DNA of 64,000 nucleotides from the human T2T-CHM13v2.0 reference genome, Homo sapiens. Positions 56,038-64,000 of the stretch are shown piece after piece. The DNA lies in assembly GCF_009914755.1 (NCBI RefSeq), contig NC_060932.1, one strand, 5' to 3'. A model generated the notes under the pieces. The model ran no database searches. It was given only the letters and a program-made list of their open reading frames with translations, and was not told the DNA's origin. The position numbers were made by a program, and so were the translations under genes. Positions within the stretch are counted from its first letter, which is position 1, and each line of letters starts with the position of its first letter.

Positions 56038-57229
56038 CTAAGTGCTCTGGGTAATTTAAAATGTTCACCTTCATTTCCAACTATTCCACACTGTTTTTCT
56101 CAATATGTTTTGAGAAACATCTTTTCTTCCTTTTTGAATTGGATAATTCTTATTTTACTCTTCAGATATTAGCATTCTAAATGCTTAAGGCTGAGATAGA
56201 ATTTGGTCATGGAGCTGCAGTCTTTGGAATTTCTAGTAACCGGTTAAACTCTATAGAGTTTAATGGCAACTCTATTTCCACAAAATTTAATTCTAGGCAT
56301 CACTAAGACTCCAGTGCTGCATGGGCAAACTCAAAATCTTTGGAAGCACTAGAAGACTATTAACCTAGTGGTAGCACTCACAGCCTCTAGAATGAATCAT
56401 TTACATGATCCCAAGAACATAAATATTGAGGAAATGTTTGCTATTAATACTTACTAAGCTGGCTACCATAGTACACTGTAAGCACAATGCCCCTTGAAAA
56501 ATTCTGGGGCAACAGAGTTTGAACATCTGTTTCAGGATTATCTTGGTTGAGGTTTTGTCCTCTCAAATAAATCCTGGAGAGCTTTGAGTACCTGTTGGGA
56601 AGTGTCTGACTGGTAGAAGTCCTACTGATGGTAGCTTTCTAAGCATCAGTTTGTTCAGGTTAGGTCAACGTTGCATTGATTTTAGATCTTTGGCATTGTG
56701 GAAAGAAGAGGCAGTCCAGTTTAATATTTAAAACATTAAAATGAACAATATTAGGGAAGGAAAGGGAATAAACTGGAAGAAAAGAATGAGAAATATGGCA
56801 GACATCGAATGCAGTGAGTATGTTGAAGTTCTCAAATCCTAGGGTGCTTTAGTTGAGAAGGATGGAGTCCAGGAGGTTTGTGGAATAGTTTCCTTGGGTT
56901 TGCAGGTAGGAATAAAAGACTCACATAGGTGAGAACTGCTAGTGGTTACATAAGCCAAACTGCACATATGACACATTCCTTCTTGGTTCTATAATTTTGT
57001 TTGTCATAGTGTCCAAAAATATAAAAAAAAATTAGAAAACACATGTAACGAGAGATGAAACAGGTGACAAAAATTATTCAAAGTATTTCTGTTTTAAAAG
57101 TAGATATAGTCATTCTTAATTTGTATATCAATTCATTGTTTGGAATGCAAAGTATTTTCCCCTAGAAAGACTTTTAAATTATGTTCACATTCTACAACAG
57201 ACACTAAATATCTGTAACTCAAAATACAA

Positions 57230-59960
57230 CTGTAGAGTCCTGTTGAAATTATCATTTATATCATTATGTAAAAGGCTCTTGATAAGATTTACCAAAATTC
57301 TTGATAAAAGAAAAATATACATTTATTAAGCCATGAATCGAAGATAATTTCCTTAAAAGATAATCTATCTGAACTCACTAGCAAAATAAGCATTAAGATG
57401 AAATTTGACATTCTCACTTAATATTGAAACTAGTCGAGGATGCCTGATGTTGATATTCTGGAAGTTTTAGACATTGCAATCAGAATAAGAATAAATTATA
57501 AATATAAGAACTTAATAGGCAGAGACACATTTTATTTGTATATAATATCTGGAACATCCTAGAGAATGAACTGAAAAATTTTCAGAAATACTAACTTCTT
57601 AACAACAAACATATGAAATCCACTTTCCTATACAATGGAAAGAATCACTTGGAAAATATAATAGATGTATATTACATTCACAATAGCAACACAAATATAA
57701 AATTATTGACACTAAATACATCTTGAGAATCTATATAAAAACTATAAAATTTTATTGAGTACCATTAATAGATATAAAACTTTGCTTTATGAATATGAAT
57801 TATCTCAGTTAATTTATGTAAGTTTATGTAATTTTAATCAAAATTTTAAATGGATTTTTAAGTGGTAGGATGACAATTAAGCAGTAATTCCAAATTATAT
57901 TTAGAGTAATTAACAATAAAAAATAGCCTTTAAATTTGTATGAATAAATGATGAGATAAGACATTCAATCAGAGACATTGCAGACAATTCAATGCAGAAA
58001 GTCAGTTCTTTAAAAATGATGCTGAAACACAAGGACATCCGTATAGAAAAAATGAACTTCAACCTATACCTCACATTGTATGTAAAATTTAACCTAAAAT
58101 AGATCAAAATGTAAAAATATATAAAATTTGAAGGAAAAAATATAAGAGAACATTTCTGTGACTTTAAGTCAGGGAAATTGTTCTTGGATATGACATCAAG
58201 ACATAATCTATAAATGAAAAAATAGATAAAATACACTTTATTAAAATCTTGTGCTCTGGAAATAATATTGTTCAGAGAATTAAAAAACAGTATTTTCTCC
58301 CAAGATTGGGAGAAAATATTTTCAAATCACGTATCAGGCAATGAACTTGTTCCTCAAATGTTAAAAAAAAAAAAAAAAACTCTCAAAACACAAAAATAAG
58401 AAAATAACCAAATATGTAAAAATAACTAGAAGATTGGAACAGATTCTTCGCCAAAGAAGATACACGAATGGCAAATGAGCACAGAAAAAGAAACTCAACA
58501 CCATTAAACATTAGGGAAATGCAAATTAAACATACAAACGACAGCATAAGGAAATTCTTTGAAATGGAATTGTTCTCTTTCTGGCTGTGGTGGTGGCTTC
58601 CAGATATGTATGTCTATATCTCACAGAACTACAATAAAAACTCAAATTTATTTTACTTATTTTAAAGTTTTAATGATAATAAATGAATTAAATTCCATCC
58701 AAAATATTGTGGCACAGAAATAAACACATTATTTGAAAAAGCTAACCTCTGGAAACAGACCTAAATATCCATCAGAATTAAATATATAACAAAGAGAAAT
58801 TTTCAAATAAGTGGGAAAATATGGATGAATGGTTGAATGAATGATGTTGAGACAATTGGCTAACAATGTGGGGAAAATATCTCATACCTAACATAAAAAT
58901 GAATTCCATCTAAGCTCGATTTTTAGGCCAAAAATAATTCTAGGAGAATATTTTATATTATTAAGAAAGATAATTACTTTCTAAGCATGACACCACAGGT
59001 GTAACTCATATAATAAAATAAATTTGAATAAACATAAACAGAGAAATGATAAGCAGGGAAAAAATGTATCAGCTTGTAGACAGCATTAGTTTTCATTGCC
59101 AGCATAAAATCTGTTACCTTTCTTTTGGGAAACAATACCTCTTTTTCATTCAAAAACTTCCCTACCCAACTGCTAGCCTTAATGTTTTAGGACATGCAGA
59201 CATAACTACCTCTTTCCCCACAGTTCCAAGGTGGGGCAAATCTAGCAAATTGGGAGTAATTCCCAAAAATGAATCTGGATTATCAGGAAAAAAAAAAAAA
59301 AAAGAGTTCTTTCTCCTAGAATAAGTAAGCTGGTAGAATGTAAACCTAAGGCTACTGTTACCATAAAACCTCATGAGACCACATAGAGAGAGTATGAATG
59401 AGGATGTCTACTAGAGATGGGAAAACAGTGTCTGGGCTATGTCATTTGATGCCTGGATACACGTATATTTGATATCCACTCTGGACTTATCAGTTGTATG
59501 GACCAATATATCTGTACTGAGATATCAAAGATAAAGGATGAATATCCATTTTAAAAAGTGTTTACAAACGAATTAGAAAATAACAGGCACCTTAAGAGAA
59601 AATGGGCAAAAGATATATTGAAGGGTTATTCAATCAAGTACAAATAGTCAGTCAAGTGAAATAATACAAAATAAATGAAAATTGTATAGTCTGTGATTTT
59701 TTTGCATTGCATTGCTTTGGGCCTTCAATATTAACAAACATAAAAAAGAATTTTTAAGTGCAGACATGGAGAGTGTTTAGGAAAACAGCATCCTTATACT
59801 ATGTTGGAGGATATGTGGGTTAATTTGCCCTTCCTTGAGTATAGTTTCTCAGCGTGTACTAAAATCTAACATGTCCATAGAATTATCCAAAGGAAATAAG
59901 TGTTTATGTATGTAAAAATGTATATACAAATGTGATTGTCACAGACAGCATAATAATAAA
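57230..59960 (+). mobile_element. Patchwork of old L1M ORF2/3' fragments with an MLT1-like LTR (~59075-59515)
   Basis: L1 motifs TGGGAGAAAATATTTTCAAATCAC and CATTAGGGAAATGCAAATTAAA; MLT1 motif GATGCCTGGATAC...CTGGACTTATCAGTT. Confidence 0.65.
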
Positions 59961-60333
59961 ATATTTGAAGTACTTTTTTTGGGAGTATATTATAAGTTCT
60001 AATAGGAAGAAGAAAAATGAATATAACACCTACTTATATGTGTGTTTTAGGAACAACATACCTGGCCTATTCAATATTATTTGCCTTCTTCTCTCTCCTA
60101 AAAGTCAAATATCATTTGGCCTGCTAAAACTCTCACTAATGGCTTCATTTTTGCATCTTAAGTGTATCAAAAGATAGTAAGTATTTAACCTTTATACAAT
60201 AAACATCAAAATTCTGCCCTTCGCACATTATTATATTACTACAAAAGACATGTCTATAATTTTTTTAAAAGAATTTGTGCTCTTTGCTGAAGGCATTTGG
60301 AGTTAGGCTGATTGTGGTTGACACAACCATGTA

Positions 60334-60972
60334 CAGTCCAGTCAATCCTCATTCACAGCAGTTACATTCTGTAAAGTCACCAGGAACACTGACTTAGTGA
60401 ATACTGAACCACTGCTCCTAGAGGAAACACAGGGTTAGGTTCCTGCAAGCCTCTGGTCACAACATTTTCATTAAGCAATCATTACATAGCCCTGTTTTAT
60501 GTGTGTTTCTGAGGAAGAACATCTCATTGATATATATTGCTAATTCATTGACATTGAACTCCTGACCAATAGCACAATAACTCATGCTACAGCAAAACTT
60601 ATATAACACATATATTTTCTTCATAAGGCACATTACAGGATTGTGTTTAGGAACAATAAACAGCACTTCAGCACTGTGCTTGGGAACATTTTAAACTGTG
60701 AAATCACCAAGAAAAAGCACAAAACTGAGAAAAACATGACATTCAATACACAAAGGACACTTGTTTACAGTGTGACAGCTGATACAAGAAGGCCAAGCAT
60801 GGCATTATTTGACCTTAGCTGGGAATGTGCACACTGGGGAGTTAAAATTTGTTCCTGCTCTGAGCATGTCTAAAAATGACCCCTATAGTATCTATGTATT
60901 GATTTGGCCTGACAAATTTTCACAAGTCAGTGAATTCACAAATATGGAATCCATGAATAATGTGGACAACTG
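60334..60972 (+). mobile_element. MER82 (TcMar-Tigger) DNA transposon
   Basis: GAATACTGAACCACTGCTCCTAGAGGAAACACAGGGTTAGGTTCCTGC; about 640 bp with TA flanks. Confidence 0.85.
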
Positions 60973-61926
60973 TATATTTAATTTAAATGTTTTTGATGAC
61001 ACAGCAGGAATAATAGGTAACTTCTAAGTTTCACCATCTAGGTGAAAACCGTGGTCATGCAAATGGAGCCATGGTATTAACTAACCAAACCCAGACTCTG
61101 CAGGGACATGGGTACTTGGATACTTAGATGGTAAGTGGCTACATTTAGAGCAGGCATAAGCAAATTCACATTTTGAATAAACAAATTAATATATCTACAA
61201 TATAGTTACAACAGGGCAAAAAGACCATCAGGACACACTTAAAGTCACTAGCTTTTATTACAATTTCTATTTCAAAGCAGAAATAATGTTTATCATTGAT
61301 TTAAAACAAGACCTGGATGTGATTTTCTCTTCTTTGATTTACAAACAGAGCGATGATGGGCAAACAAATAACTTGTGTCTGATTGAGTATCTGTAAAATC
61401 TGAAATAATAGTAAATATTGAAAGATATAATGTATAGGAGAGGTAGTTTTAAAGTACTACACAAGTACCAGATACTATCATTATTAATCAGGTAATGAAT
61501 TTATTTATACAAGTATGCCCATTTTATTGTGCTTCATTTCTTTTATGCTTTGCAATTCCTTCATTTTTTACAAATTGAAGGTTTGTGGCAAACTTACGTC
61601 TAGCAAGTCTATTGGCACCATTTTTTCAACAGCATGTGCTCACTTCATTTCTCTCTGTCACATTTTGGTAATTCTTGCAATATTTCAAACTTTTTCATTA
61701 TTACTGTATCTGTTATAGGGATCTATGATCTTTGATGTTATTATTGTAATTATTTTGGGGCACCACAAACTATTCCCATATAAGAGGGCACACTTAATCA
61801 ATCCATGCTGTGTGTGTTCTGACTGCTCCACCAACCGGCCATTCCCCCATCTCTCTTTCTCTCTTCAGCCTTCCCTGTTCCTTGAGACAAAATAATATTA
61901 AAGTTAGGCCAATTAGTAACCCTATA

Positions 61927-63600
<1,674 letters not shown>

Positions 63601-64000
63601 TCAATCCTATGTGAAAACTTGAGTGGAAAAACAGTTACTTCTTATGGATGGGCAAAGAAAGTGGTTTCTTGACATGGAATCTACTCCTGGTGAAGACTCT
63701 GTGAACATTTTTGAAATGACAGCAAAGAATTTAGAATAGTCCCATAAATTTCATTTATAAGGCGGTGGCAGAGTTTGCGAAGATTGACTCCAATTTTGAA
63801 AGTTTTGCTGTGGGTAAAATGCTATCAAATAACATCATATGCTACAGAAAAAACTTTTGTGAAAGGAAAGAGTCAATCAATGTGGCCAAATTTACTGTTC
63901 TCTTACTTTAAGAAATTGCCACAGCCACCTCAATCTTCAGCAAGCAGCACCCTCATCAGTCAGCCACCAACATGGAGACAAGATCCTCTGCCAGCAAAAG

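Overview
This is human genomic DNA: the window holds a near-consensus AluYa5, a human-specific subfamily. It is AT-rich and looks intronic or intergenic, and I cannot confidently call any protein-coding gene. Most ORFs in the supplied track are translations of Alu, L1, ERV or microsatellite sequence. Much of the window is interspersed repeats: 9 Alus, several L1 and L2 fragments, MIRs, MaLR LTRs, a solo LTR12, a ~6.5-kb MER4-group ERV1 provirus with a tRNA-Glu primer-binding site, and DNA transposons (Tigger1, Tigger4, MER1A, MER2B, MER5, MER58B, MER82, MADE1). Two structures stand out. (1) A ~950-bp inverted repeat that I cannot match to any repeat family (2328-3279 and 20267-21219, about 85-88% identity by hand alignment). 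It brackets a 17-kb segment containing an RFX X-box/CCAAT module and several well-formed minus-strand candidate exons. (2) A probable double-strand-break repair scar inside the ERV: a 65-bp copy of sequence from 2.8 kb upstream, fused directly to GGG(TTAGGG)3. Repeat subfamily names come from my memory of consensus sequences, and the boundaries of old repeats are approximate.
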